Source: Terriglobia bacterium (GTDB lineage Bacteria > Acidobacteriota > Terriglobia > 20CM-2-55-15). From it: a stretch of DNA of 64,000 bases. Location: contig CBDCLE010000002.1 of the NCBI GenBank assembly GCA_965218585.1, positions 128,001 to 192,000 of the forward strand. Direction: 5' to 3'. Positions 51,955 through 61,816 of the stretch are shown piece after piece. The position numbers and the translations under genes are program-made. The notes beneath the pieces were generated by a model, which was not told where the DNA came from, made no database searches, and worked only from the letters and a program-made list of their open reading frames with translations. Position 1 is the stretch's first letter; the number at the start of each line of letters is the position of its first letter.

Positions 51955-53319
51955 GAGGTCATTACAAAAGGTGTGTAAAAGTCATCAGGCGGCGGCCTTC
52001 GATTTCATCACGACTCTGATGCCGTCAGCGAATTGCTGACCATCATAGACCTCTTGTAAGAGTTCGGATCCTTTTAAGTGTCGCCAAGCCTTCTCAGCGA
52101 CACGTAGTAGCTTCCAGATCATTGCCGTTGCATTCTCGACACGCTTGAATCGGCGAGCGGCGTTGGTACGGAGGCGAACCATGTCGAAGGGCGATTCGAC
52201 GATGTTGGTTGTTCTCAGATGCACCCAGTGTTGTTTCGGGAACTCATAGAAAGTAATCATCCGGTCCCAGTCCCGCAACAGCGTCTCACCCGCTTTGGGA
52301 TAGTTCTTCTCATATCGGCGGACGAACTGATCCCGCTTTCGTTCGCAGGCCGCGCGGGAGTTCGCGAAGGCCATCCCATGAAGCAGCTGTCTGGCCGCGG
52401 GCTGCTCGGTCTTCGGCAGATGATCGACCACGTTGATCGACTTGTGGTTCCAGCAGCGTTGTTCCTGGCCCTGGGGCTGTTGCTCGGCCAGCGCGGACCA
52501 GATGCCCAGGTGACCGTCCGCGACAGTCAGCCGTCCCAGCTTCAGGCCCCGTCTCTGGAGATTGCGCAGAATGCGGCTCCAGGACTCCTTGCTTTCCCGC
52601 TGCCCGCTCTCACAGGCCAACACCACTTTGCGCCCGTCTGACAAGGCTCCGATGATCACCAGCAATGCCGCTCGCTCTTTCGCGATCCCCGCTTTCACGT
52701 ACAAGCCGTCTGCCCACTGGTACACGACCTCGAGGCCGGACAGGTCCTGCTGGACCCACTCGTCATACTCCAACTGCCAGGTCGATTTCAGTCGTTGGAT
52801 CGATGCTCGCGACAACGGAGCGCCAGCGCCAAGCAGTCCGCGCATGGCCTGCTCGAAGTCCCCTGTGGCCAGACCGTGGAGGTAGAGATCGGGAAGTAGC
52901 TCGCCCAGCTGTTTCGATTTCCGTCGAAAATACGGCAGGATCTGACTCTCGAACCGCTCGGCGGTGTTTCGAACCCGAGGTCGTCGAACCTCCATCGTAC
53001 CGTTCATCATTGCGAAGCGTCGCGGCTTCCCGTGACCGTTCCGGTATCCTCGTCGATTCGGACTCCGCTCCAACTTTTCCCGACCCAGAAATTGAGTGAC
53101 TTCGTCCTCGAGCAGCTCCTGTAGCCAGACTTGGACCCGGGATCGCGCCCAGTCCTCCAAACCTTCATACGCGTTCGTTGACGCCACTGATGCCGGTATG
53201 TTCTTCTTCTTCATGGGTGGTGTACCTTTCTCCCGATTGCTGCCGGGATTGCTTAGGGTTTCGGATTCACCGAAAGCGTACACCGCCTTCTCTTTTTACA
53301 CACCGATTGGAACGACCTC
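51955..53319 (-). mobile_element. IS256-family element, complete (1365 bp)
   Basis: Same ends as the 8484-9848 copy; 8-bp TSD GATTGCAC. Confidence 0.95.
51985..53283 (-). CDS. IS256 transposase
   Basis: Differs from 8514-9812 at only a few residues. Confidence 0.95.
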   Translation of the reverse strand: MYAFGESETLSNPGSNREKGTPPMKKKNIPASVASTNAYEGLEDWARSRVQVWLQELLEDEVTQFLGREKLERSPNRRGYRNGHGKPRRFAMMNGTMEVRRPRVRNTAERFESQILPYFRRKSKQLGELLPDLYLHGLATGDFEQAMRGLLGAGAPLSRASIQRLKSTWQLEYDEWVQQDLSGLEVVYQWADGLYVKAGIAKERAALLVIIGALSDGRKVVLACESGQRESKESWSRILRNLQRRGLKLGRLTVADGHLGIWSALAEQQPQGQEQRCWNHKSINVVDHLPKTEQPAARQLLHGMAFANSRAACERKRDQFVRRYEKNYPKAGETLLRDWDRMITFYEFPKQHWVHLRTTNIVESPFDMVRLRTNAARRFKRVENATAMIWKLLRVAEKAWRHLKGSELLQEVYDGQQFADGIRVVMKSKAAA

Positions 53320-53356
53320 GATTGCACATGAACTCGACGAAAAGTCGAATCCAACT

Positions 53357-53408
53357 GTAGGGGCGGTCTGTGACCGCCCATTATTGTGCGCTCGTAGAGC
53401 GCACCTAC
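53357..53408. repeat. Inverted pair of GTAG-family REP elements
   Basis: GTAGGGGCGGTCTGTGACCGCCC, and on the minus strand GTAGGTGCGCTCTACGAGCGCAC. Confidence 0.8.
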
Positions 53409-53441
53409 AGAGTCCATTGATTTTCAAACTGACCCACTACC

Positions 53442-54071
53442 CTATCCTGCGAGGGTTGAGACTGATCGCTCCCATCCGGCCACGTCAAAGCCGAATGGTC
53501 CCGGTCCACTCTGATATGCCACACGACCGTCGGTTCCAATCACATAGAGGCGTTCCGGCAGGGCTGCATAAGCTTCATCTGTCGAGTTTTCCATGTCGTC
53601 GAGCAGTGTCGGCATGGCGAGCTCCAGGCGCAGCATGCACGCCTCAGCCACATGGGCTCTTTCTTCCATGTTCTTGGGTTGGTTGAAGACAACGTCGTCA
53701 CGATGGTTCATGCCCATCTGCCAGCCGTCTTCGAGATGCGCTTCCTGAATGTAGACACAGAAAAAATGGACCCTGTCCTTGAACCTCTCGAAAACACTGT
53801 TGAGGCGCCCGGCCTCCCTACGAAACGGGGGTCAGGTGTACGAACCGAATATTAGTGCCACAGGTTTATCGAGGTGATCAGTCAGGGCACGTATTTCTCC
53901 GGTACGGGTGCCACCGGCATCGATGAGCTCAAGTCTGAAGTTCGGCGCCGGAGTTCCAGGTCCGGGTGAGGGATGTCCCGGTTCGCCTCTATCCACGTAA
54001 CGGGAATCCTTTTTTTCAATGCGACGTTGGATCATTGGGGACAGGGCCCGGCCGACTATCTTTCGCAACAT
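53442..54071 (-). CDS. Iodothyronine deiodinase-like selenoprotein (Sec at TGA 53832-53834), 209 aa
   Basis: One open frame through the TGA: APNFRL...PVALIFGSYT-U-PPFRR...VYIQEAHLEDGW...DDMEN...YAALPERLY...GPGPFG. Confidence 0.92.
53802..53816 (-). promoter_or_regulatory. Putative bacterial SECIS hairpin
   Basis: GAGGC-CGGGC-GCCTC stem-loop starting 15 nt after the UGA, with a G-containing apical loop. Confidence 0.6.
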
Positions 54072-54161
54072 GGCCTAACTAAACCTCCCTGGGGCAAACC
54101 GATCACTCCCATAAATAGCAACTCCGAGCCTCGACCAGCGTTCACAGGAGACCATAGCTGT

Positions 54162-54908
54162 TCATGCTCGAGTGAAATGGTCGGACCAGGGACTCGCCAG
54201 CAAGGTCCGAACGCACCGCCGAAAGTCCGCCCGGTGACGGGGTTGTGCAACGAGAAAGAAAAGCCGCGACGTTCCCCGGTGGTAGTGGAGCGTCTGAACG
54301 TCTACCTCCGCTCCTATGTGCTCTCTTATCTTCAGCGTTCGCCTCCGAATCTGCTCTCCGGCAGGCGCCGAACGGTCGATGTGCTGGTATACGACAAGGC
54401 TCTGCTCTTGTTCCCAGAACGACTCCAACTCGTCGTAATAGGCATACTTGATGCCCTTCGGACTGTATTTCCCGCCACTGGGCACTTCCAGACCGTTGTC
54501 GGGAGCCAGAAGAACAACGTCACAGCTCCCGGTCGCGGCAAGTGCACGCATTAGCCAGTCCTTGCGCCAGGTGGAACGGTCTCTTGGGACAACGGCGTCG
54601 AAGGACAGGCGCTCTTCATAGAAGATCGTGCCTGCTGGAAGCAAACCAGACTGACGGATGTCCGAGACTGACCGCCGGCCCGAACATACGATTCTTCTCA
54701 AGCCGTCATAGAGTTCGGTGTCACAGGGTCGATAGGTGTGGACGTGAGATTCATCGAGATACCCGACGTGACGGCCGTCGTTGGTGTGGTTTTCGTTGTC
54801 AACCAGGTACCAGACGACGCCAAGCCTGAAATCGGAAACCCGCGCCAGTTGCCGCAACAGACCATACTTTCCAAAGTCACCCGCATCTCCGGCATAACGA
54901 TCCTGCAT
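54162..54908 (-). CDS. Hypothetical protein (MQDRYAGDAGDFGKYGLLR N-terminus)
   Basis: 248-aa ORF with D(V)VLLAPDNG and LVVYQH motifs; ATGA-free but directly follows the CBS gene. Confidence 0.8.
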   Translation of the reverse strand: MQDRYAGDAGDFGKYGLLRQLARVSDFRLGVVWYLVDNENHTNDGRHVGYLDESHVHTYRPCDTELYDGLRRIVCSGRRSVSDIRQSGLLPAGTIFYEERLSFDAVVPRDRSTWRKDWLMRALAATGSCDVVLLAPDNGLEVPSGGKYSPKGIKYAYYDELESFWEQEQSLVVYQHIDRSAPAGEQIRRRTLKIREHIGAEVDVQTLHYHRGTSRLFFLVAQPRHRADFRRCVRTLLASPWSDHFTRA

Positions 54909-54929
54909 TTCTTGTCCACGGACCCTGGG

Positions 54930-55298
54930 TCAGAGCCCGAACCAGACACGCAGGATGTCGCGACGGGACAACATGCCGACGAGCTTTCCATCCTGAACGA
55001 CGGGGAGCCGGCGCCAGTTGTGCGCGAGAATCAATGTGCGCGCTTCTTCGAGCTCGGCATCGGGCCCTATGGAAACAACGTCGGGACTCATCACTCGAGA
55101 AACAGGCATCGCCTCGCCTACGTAGTCAACACCCAGCAGCAAATCGAACTCGGTGACCATTCCAATGAGCTGCAGGTCGCCGGAGACGACGGGGGCACCA
55201 CTTACGCCTTCCTTGACGAGCAGCTTCAGTCCGGTCAACACGGATTCGTTCTCGCCAAGCGTTACCAGTTCCGTGCTCATTGCGTCTCGAACCGTCAT
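54930..55298 (-). CDS. CBS domain protein
   Basis: VRDAMS, SGAPVV, RLPVV...GKLVGMLSRRD. Confidence 0.93.
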   Translation of the reverse strand: MTVRDAMSTELVTLGENESVLTGLKLLVKEGVSGAPVVSGDLQLIGMVTEFDLLLGVDYVGEAMPVSRVMSPDVVSIGPDAELEEARTLILAHNWRRLPVVQDGKLVGMLSRRDILRVWFGL

Positions 55299-56649
55299 TT
55301 GTCTCCTCCCGAACCGAAGAGTCCGACGACTTCACCCGATTCCGGATCGTAATGAAAAGTCGCACTGCGGTACTCGTCGTCGATCGCCAGTTCGCCAGGG
55401 CCAATCTGAATACGGACACCCGGGTGCGCTTCCTTACGAATCTTGACCATGCACTCTCCCAGGTTGACATCTTCTTCTTGCAACTTGTCGAGTTCGGAAG
55501 CACTCTCTTTTCGCTTCGTCGATTCCTTTGAAATCAGCTCGTCGATCTCTTCACGACGGTCGGGAGAGACCAACTCCTTCATCCTGCCGACTTTCGTCTC
55601 CACAGCTTCGGCCTGCCGGATTCTGGCTTCAAGCTTCGCCTCCTGAAGGTTCTTCATGGGATCAATGCCGGCACCCAGCGTCGTCCGATGCCCATTGAGA
55701 TCACCTGCGACGCCGACCTCAATGCCTTTCTGTGCGTGCAGCCGGCCACCGACAACTCTTCCGGAAACCGGTACTGTGATGCTGTTTGCGGACAGAACAG
55801 TACTGTGAAGCGCCTCTTTCAAGATGGAAACGTCGCTCTCAGATTCCATGTAAGAGTTGCTGACGTATCCCACCTTGATGCTTCCTTTCGCCGTTACACG
55901 GCCGCCCCGGACAACACCCTGACGTATGACGACGTCACCACCTGCCGTGACTTCTGCGGCGTCCACTACACCACCGATGGTTATGTCGCCCTCGGCGCGG
56001 ATATGAAATTCCGGCAGGACGTCGCCTTCAACTCGCACCGAGCCTTCGCACTCGATGCTTCCCATATCGAAATCCAGGTTTCCGGGAACCCGGATGAGAT
56101 CGGTAATTTCGATCCGGCCGTCCATACTGCGCAGATCACCGCTACGGCTTGCTCGCAATTCTGTCCCCCCGGCAGCGAGCGAGGTTCCCTGGCCCGCAGT
56201 CAGCGAAGCGCGCTCTCCAGTCTGGGCCGCGAGCTCTTCACCGCAGACATTCTTTCCAGAAGTTCCGGATGTCGGCAGGGTGAGTTCAGCGATGAGCTGG
56301 TCCTTTTCTATGAGGGTAAAGGAGCCACGCTCATGAAATCGATGTGGCCCGAGTCGTCTTCCACACCAACCGAATCCCGCTCGCCTTCGACGACCATTCG
56401 GACCGTGCCATCTTCGCCGTCAACGGCCGGAACCCTCCTAGCTACTGCCATTCGCACGGGACCTCCAGCCGGCCGCTCGTTGACGAGCTTGACCAGTGCT
56501 TCACAGTCCTCTTCGCTCACGCCGTAACTGACGTCCGAGACCTCCAGCGCGCGCTTGATCGAAGGGACGTCGAGCTCCTCGTCCTGCTTGCGCTTGACCT
56601 CGGCGACGGCCTCCATCTTGTCGCGGCTGATCCTGATGCTTATCGACAT
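55295..56649 (-). pseudogene. FapA/DUF342 family protein, frameshifted near 56335
   Basis: ISRDKMEA and DGEDG motifs. Adding one T restores IDFHERGSFTLIEKDQLIAEL, continuing in frame to GSIECEGSVRVEGDV...VVGG. Confidence 0.85.
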
Positions 56650-56688
56650 TGGCGAGTCAATCGTATCAAGACACTACAGCGTTTCTTT

Positions 56689-58050
56689 TCAGAATCGATA
56701 ATCGATCGAAAAATAGGTGAACGTGTTTCCGTCGCCCGGAGAGTTTGCTTCGAGGAACGGACCGGGAAACATATGTCCGACGCCTCCCAGCAGCGTTACC
56801 GTGTTACCCACTGGCAAAGAAGCTGAAAAATCCAGTTCGTTACCTACCTTGGTATCGGAGGCGCCACCATCGGGAGTTCGGACGGCAGGAGCGGTCCCCA
56901 GAACGTTGTAGAGGTGATCGTTGGGTTCGGCAAGCCAGAACGCATGAAAATCCAAACCCAGTGTCACGCGGCCCGCAGCCCGGACGCTCGAACCGAGCCT
57001 GAGGTTCTTGATGTTTCTAAGACCTACCAGATCGTTGTACCCGTAATAGATGTGTGCTGTCGGATAGATGTTATCGAACGACCCCTGCACGCCGTCGGTT
57101 GGGTTTGAATCGCCCGACGCGTAGTTGTACTCGAAAAACAATCGTGGTCGAACTTCGATGTCGAACTGATAACCGCCGAGCACTGACAGAAAGGTGGCAT
57201 CGATCGTTGCTTCAGCGAAGTCGCCCCACTGCTTAACGGCACTGGCGACGTACTGCCAACCGGGCGCCCCATTCCTTGCTGAATAAACTCCAGCGGTGTA
57301 TTGATCCATGTCCCCTATAGAACCCTCGCCAGCGACGCGTGGGTTCGTTCGCCACAGCAGGAAGGGTTCGATCAGGACACCCTCGACGGAGTTGTTCAGT
57401 TGCACATGGACGCCATGAAGATTGTCCCCGTCGAGCGGATGGTTGATCTGGCGGTTGGGATCAGTTCGAACCACGGACGCAGAAAACAGATCGACATTGA
57501 CAACTTCGGTGCGCAGGGCCACTTTGACCGCATCAAAGCTGCGCGCAGTATTGGCCCACTCCAGAGGCCCGACAAGTTTTTGATCCCCGTACCCGAGTAA
57601 CTGCCGGCCCACGGTCAGGACCAGCGGCGCGTTCCGAGAACCGCCGATTTCCAGAAACGCCTGTCGAAGATCAACCGGATCGCGAAACACACCGGTGGAG
57701 GCGGCGGGTCGGATCCCCGGAGCCCTGGAATCCTGACCTTGAAAGAAGAACCGGACCTGAGGATGCGGCTGTACACCGATGTTGATCCGGGCTCGGGTGA
57801 GACCGTAACCGTCATCGACACCGTCTAGGAATCCCAATCCGCTCCGGCCTTCGAAACGAAAACGGAAAACACCGCTGAGATCAAGCCAATCTGGGGTTTT
57901 CAGCGAAGACAGGAGTGCCGTCTCCAAGGGAGATGTGCTGATTCGTTCGGAGGGGGCCTGAGCCGGGAGCGAAAATGGAAAGAAGAGCAGACAGGAAAGC
58001 GTAACTACGGACAGCCATCCTCGGCCAACTTCGCCTGTCTTCATCCTCAT
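56689..58050 (-). CDS. Alginate export family outer-membrane beta-barrel
   Basis: Signal peptide, GRQLLGYGDQKLVG, YNYASGD, C-terminal YRF. Confidence 0.88.
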   Translation of the reverse strand: MRMKTGEVGRGWLSVVTLSCLLFFPFSLPAQAPSERISTSPLETALLSSLKTPDWLDLSGVFRFRFEGRSGLGFLDGVDDGYGLTRARINIGVQPHPQVRFFFQGQDSRAPGIRPAASTGVFRDPVDLRQAFLEIGGSRNAPLVLTVGRQLLGYGDQKLVGPLEWANTARSFDAVKVALRTEVVNVDLFSASVVRTDPNRQINHPLDGDNLHGVHVQLNNSVEGVLIEPFLLWRTNPRVAGEGSIGDMDQYTAGVYSARNGAPGWQYVASAVKQWGDFAEATIDATFLSVLGGYQFDIEVRPRLFFEYNYASGDSNPTDGVQGSFDNIYPTAHIYYGYNDLVGLRNIKNLRLGSSVRAAGRVTLGLDFHAFWLAEPNDHLYNVLGTAPAVRTPDGGASDTKVGNELDFSASLPVGNTVTLLGGVGHMFPGPFLEANSPGDGNTFTYFSIDYRF

Positions 58051-58059
58051 TGATTTTCG

Positions 58060-58884
58060 CTAACTGGGATCTTCTTCAACAGGCGCCAAACGCGAAACCT
58101 TTTCGTGAGCGTTTCGGAAAGCGTTGATCACGGTTGCCCTGAACTTTCCTTCTTCCATCGCCAGAAGCGCTTCCGCTGTGATGCCTCCCGGCGTAATGAC
58201 TTCCTGTTGAAACTGTGAGAGAGCGCGGTCACGCGATGCATTTCGAAGTTCCACAGTTCCACGAAGCAGGGACAGTATCCCGCGCTCGGCCAGATCGTGG
58301 GGCATTCCCTGGGTCACCATCGCTCGCGTCAGCGCCTGAACGAACTCGATGACGAGCGCGGGGCCTGAGCCGACACCGACGATTGCGATATCCAGGAGGG
58401 ATTCGTCGCCACATTCGATCTCGTCTCCCCAGACGTGCATAATCTTGGCCGCACGCTCCTTGGCTTGGACCGTCACATCCGGCCCCGCAATCCAGTAAGT
58501 CGTGGCTACTCCACTTTCGATACCAATGTTCGTACTGGTGCGGACAACATTGGATACACCCAGACGTTCCTGCATCGTTTCCAGATTCAGTCCGGTCACT
58601 ATAGAGATGACGAGAGCGTCATCGCGAATCTTGTTTCGCAGTTCGACGCTCACTCGGCCAAAAGACTTGGGCTTGATCGCTAGGATCACGATTTCCGCAC
58701 CCTCGACCGCCTCGTGGTTTTCAGTGAGGATTCGGGCCTCTGGCAGAGCCTTTTCCACAGCAGGTCGGCGTCCCGGACGCACGCGGCTCAACCGAACGTT
58801 CTCCGCTTCGCACACCTCGGCATCGACAAACCGTTGGGCGATCATTAAGCCCATAGTTCCGGGTCCAATCACTGCTACTTCCAT
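58060..58884 (-). CDS. proC: Pyrroline-5-carboxylate reductase
   Basis: GPGTMG, ILAIKP, GSGPA, TPGGIT motifs; AAGGAG RBS. Confidence 0.92.
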   Translation of the reverse strand: MEVAVIGPGTMGLMIAQRFVDAEVCEAENVRLSRVRPGRRPAVEKALPEARILTENHEAVEGAEIVILAIKPKSFGRVSVELRNKIRDDALVISIVTGLNLETMQERLGVSNVVRTSTNIGIESGVATTYWIAGPDVTVQAKERAAKIMHVWGDEIECGDESLLDIAIVGVGSGPALVIEFVQALTRAMVTQGMPHDLAERGILSLLRGTVELRNASRDRALSQFQQEVITPGGITAEALLAMEEGKFRATVINAFRNAHEKVSRLAPVEEDPS

Positions 58885-58903
58885 CTTTGCTCCTTCGGGA
58901 GGA

Positions 58904-58980
58904 AATTCGGAACTGACACCTAATTCCGAGGAGTTGTGAGTCTGGTAATTGAAAGGATTAGGCTGTCTGTCCCAGCAATT
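58904..58980. repeat. Degenerate inverted REP-like pair (GGGACAGACA type)
   Basis: AATTCGGAACTGACACCTAAT versus the reverse complement AATTGCTGGGACAGACAGCCTAAT. Confidence 0.45.
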
Positions 58981-59077
58981 TTCCTCTTCTATCTTAGCAG
59001 GTGAACTCATCGGACGCGTCTCATAGCAATCCTTGGTCGAGCTGCTAGACTGTTCACTCCCGAAAGCATCGTCTCTA

Positions 59078-59950
59078 ATGGAAGTCCACCTCATCGACGG
59101 AACCTACGAACTGTTTCGTCATTTCTTTGCGATTCCGTCTTCGCTCGATAAGGGTGGTAATGAAATCGGAGCTCTCCGGGGGGTGTTGGGTTCCCTGCTT
59201 GGCATGCTCGAATCGGGAGCCACCCACGTCGGAGTGGCGACCGACCATGTCATCGAATCCTTCCGCAACGATCTTTATTCCGGTTACAAGACAGGCGAAG
59301 GCATCGACGCCTCGCTCCTCTGTCAGTTCGGGCCCCTAGAAGACGCTCTTCGGGCGATGGGCCTTGTGGTCTGGCCGATGGTCGAACAGGAAGCGGACGA
59401 CGCACTGGCGGCTGCGGCCAGCGCTGCTTCCCAGGACGCACGAGTCACCCGCGTCCTGGTCTGCACACCTGACAAAGACCTGGCCCAATGCGTCGCCGGC
59501 ACCAGAATCGTTCAACTTGACCGAAGAAAAAACGAAATTCGCGATGAGGCAGGCGTCAAGGCGAAGTTCGGCGTCGAACCGGAATCGATACCGGATTACT
59601 TGGCCTTGGTGGGCGATGTGGCGGATGGCTTCCCCGGCCTGCCGGGTTGGGGAGCCAAGTCCACTGGGAAAATACTCGATCGTTATCTGCATCTGGAGGG
59701 CATTCCTAAGAACGCCGGAGAATGGGACGTATCCGTCAGAAGTGGACCCAAGCTCGCAACGGTGCTGGCCGATCAATGGGATGACGCGATACTGTTTCGG
59801 CACCTCGCTACATTGCGCGTTGATGCCGAGGTTTTTGATACGGTGGATACGCTGGCCTGGAAGGGACCCCGCCCTGAATTTGAATCTCTGTGTGCTTCGA
59901 TCGGCGCACGGCGATTGTGGGAAAGGGTAAATAGTCTCACCGCTGGTTGA
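59078..59950 (+). CDS. Stand-alone 5'-3' exonuclease / flap endonuclease
   Basis: LIDG, FRNDLY..YK, EADD, DKDL, ALVGD..DGFPG motifs. Confidence 0.93.
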   Translation: MEVHLIDGTYELFRHFFAIPSSLDKGGNEIGALRGVLGSLLGMLESGATHVGVATDHVIESFRNDLYSGYKTGEGIDASLLCQFGPLEDALRAMGLVVWPMVEQEADDALAAAASAASQDARVTRVLVCTPDKDLAQCVAGTRIVQLDRRKNEIRDEAGVKAKFGVEPESIPDYLALVGDVADGFPGLPGWGAKSTGKILDRYLHLEGIPKNAGEWDVSVRSGPKLATVLADQWDDAILFRHLATLRVDAEVFDTVDTLAWKGPRPEFESLCASIGARRLWERVNSLTAG

Positions 59951-60095
59951 GAACGAATTTCAATACCGAAAACGAAAGAAGGCATTCCGCGAAATTATCT
60001 GCGGGGAACTGGGATTTCTCTGCTAGCTTGGGTTTGAAGGGCTTCTAACCGGCCTGCGAAGACGCCTAACGTCAATCGAATGGAGGTTTCATTTC

Positions 60096-60551
60096 ATGAA
60101 GGCACGACAGAAAAAGAAGGTCATCGATACATTAAATAAGGTCCTGGAAATGGAACTCGCCGGGACCATTCACTACACCCATTATTCGTTCATGGTTTTT
60201 GGCTACAACCGAATTCCGATTGTCAGTTGGCTTGAAGCGCAAGCCGATGAATCACTGGCTCATGCCCGCGCAGCGGGCGAACTCGTCACGCAGCTGGGAG
60301 CTCATCCCTCGCTCGCCATCGGACCTCTCCTGGAGACCCAGAAACACGACATTGGGGACATACTTCGGGAATCCCTCGGGCACGAAAAGGCAACGTTGAA
60401 GTACTACGAAGATTTACTGAGTCTGGTCGAGGGCGATGACGTCATGCTCGAAGAACACGCCAGGGAACATATCGCTCTCGAAGTGAAGCACATCGGTGAA
60501 GTCGACAAAATGCTCCGCAGACCGGGTGATATCGAACAATTCGAGAAATAG
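60096..60551 (+). CDS. bfr: Bacterioferritin
   Basis: Ferroxidase E/ExxH pattern (ESLAH, EVKH); GGAGG RBS. Confidence 0.85.
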   Translation: MKARQKKKVIDTLNKVLEMELAGTIHYTHYSFMVFGYNRIPIVSWLEAQADESLAHARAAGELVTQLGAHPSLAIGPLLETQKHDIGDILRESLGHEKATLKYYEDLLSLVEGDDVMLEEHAREHIALEVKHIGEVDKMLRRPGDIEQFEK

Positions 60552-60565
60552 AGAGTAAAACTATC

Positions 60566-60646
60566 AACGCAGAGGCGCAGAGGACTCAGGAAGAAAAGAA
60601 ATAGATTCTCTTTTCTGCGTTCTCTGCGCCTTTGCGTCTCTGCGTT
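60566..60646. repeat. CGCAGAG-unit inverted repeat between convergent genes
   Basis: AACGCAGAGGCGCAGAGG ... CCTTTGCGTCTCTGCGTT, with extra TCTGCG units. Confidence 0.7.
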
Positions 60647-60658
60647 TAATCCGGAAAC

Positions 60659-61795
60659 TTAACCGAGGAGGGAGAGGAGGAAGCCGGCGGCTACTGCGGA
60701 GCCGATCACGCCCGCCACGTTCGGACCCATGGCGTGCATCAGCAGGTGGTTGTGGTGGTTGGCTTCCAGGCCGACTTTGTTGACTACTCTCGCGGCCATC
60801 GGAACAGCAGAGACGCCGGCCGCACCGATCAACGGATTGACCCGGCCACCGGTCAGGCGGTGCATGGCCTTACCCATGAGGACGCCGGTGGCTGTACCTA
60901 CCGCGAAGGCCACCAGTCCGATCGAGAGAATCCCGAGCGTCTCAAGGTTCAGGAATTCCTGGGCACCCAGACGCGAACCGACTGCCAGCCCAAGGAAAAT
61001 CGTCACCGCATTGATGATTTCGTTCTGAGCAACCTTTGAGAGTCGGTCAACAGCACCGCACTCCTTGAGGAGGTTCCCAAACACCAACATACCGATCAAA
61101 GGTGAGGCCGAAGGCAACAACACAACCACCAACAAGAGGACGGTAAAGGGAAACAGTATCCGTTCCATTCGTGTAACCGGTCGGAGTTGCTTCATGACGA
61201 CGGATCGCTCGGATTCGGTCGTCAACGCTCTCATGATGGGCGGCTGAATGATCGGGACCAGAGCCATATACGAATAGGCGGCTACGGCGATGGCCCCCAG
61301 CAAATCAGGACTCAAACGGGACGCCAGGAAGATTGCTGTCGGACCGTCTGCGCCACCAATGATTCCAATCGCAGCAGCATCGGTCAGCGAAAAGTCCAAG
61401 CCCGGGATGGCGTTCATGGCGAGCGAACCCAGCAAGGTAAAGAAGATCCCGAACTGTGCAGCAGCACCCAACAACAGCGTGGGTGGATTTGCAATGAGAG
61501 CCCCGAAGTCGGTATGTGCCCCCACACCCATGAAGATCAGCAGAGGGAAAATACCCGTCGATACCCCGCCGGTGTACAAATAGCCCAACAATCCTTCCGG
61601 ACCGCTGATGTCAGCGATCGGTATGTTGCTCAAAATGGCGCCAAAACCGATCGGAACGAGAAGAAGCGGCTCGAAGTTCTTGGCAATCGCGAGATAGATC
61701 AGGACGCCGCCAATGACGATCATCAGGATCTGGCCGATCTCAAGATGAGCGACTCCGGTTGCGTCCCAGAGTCTTGAAAGCAGGTCCGATTGCAT
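60659..61795 (-). CDS. oadB: Na+-translocating oxaloacetate decarboxylase beta subunit
   Basis: [36 protein letters not shown]. Confidence 0.97.
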   Translation of the reverse strand: MQSDLLSRLWDATGVAHLEIGQILMIVIGGVLIYLAIAKNFEPLLLVPIGFGAILSNIPIADISGPEGLLGYLYTGGVSTGIFPLLIFMGVGAHTDFGALIANPPTLLLGAAAQFGIFFTLLGSLAMNAIPGLDFSLTDAAAIGIIGGADGPTAIFLASRLSPDLLGAIAVAAYSYMALVPIIQPPIMRALTTESERSVVMKQLRPVTRMERILFPFTVLLLVVVLLPSASPLIGMLVFGNLLKECGAVDRLSKVAQNEIINAVTIFLGLAVGSRLGAQEFLNLETLGILSIGLVAFAVGTATGVLMGKAMHRLTGGRVNPLIGAAGVSAVPMAARVVNKVGLEANHHNHLLMHAMGPNVAGVIGSAVAAGFLLSLLG

Positions 61796-61816
61796 TAGGT
61801 TTGAATCAAGTAGTGC

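Noticed and set aside
55688-56527. Long antisense ORFs (also e.g. 23034-24137, 30710-31447)
   Set aside because: Shadow frames opposite well-supported genes in GC-rich DNA.
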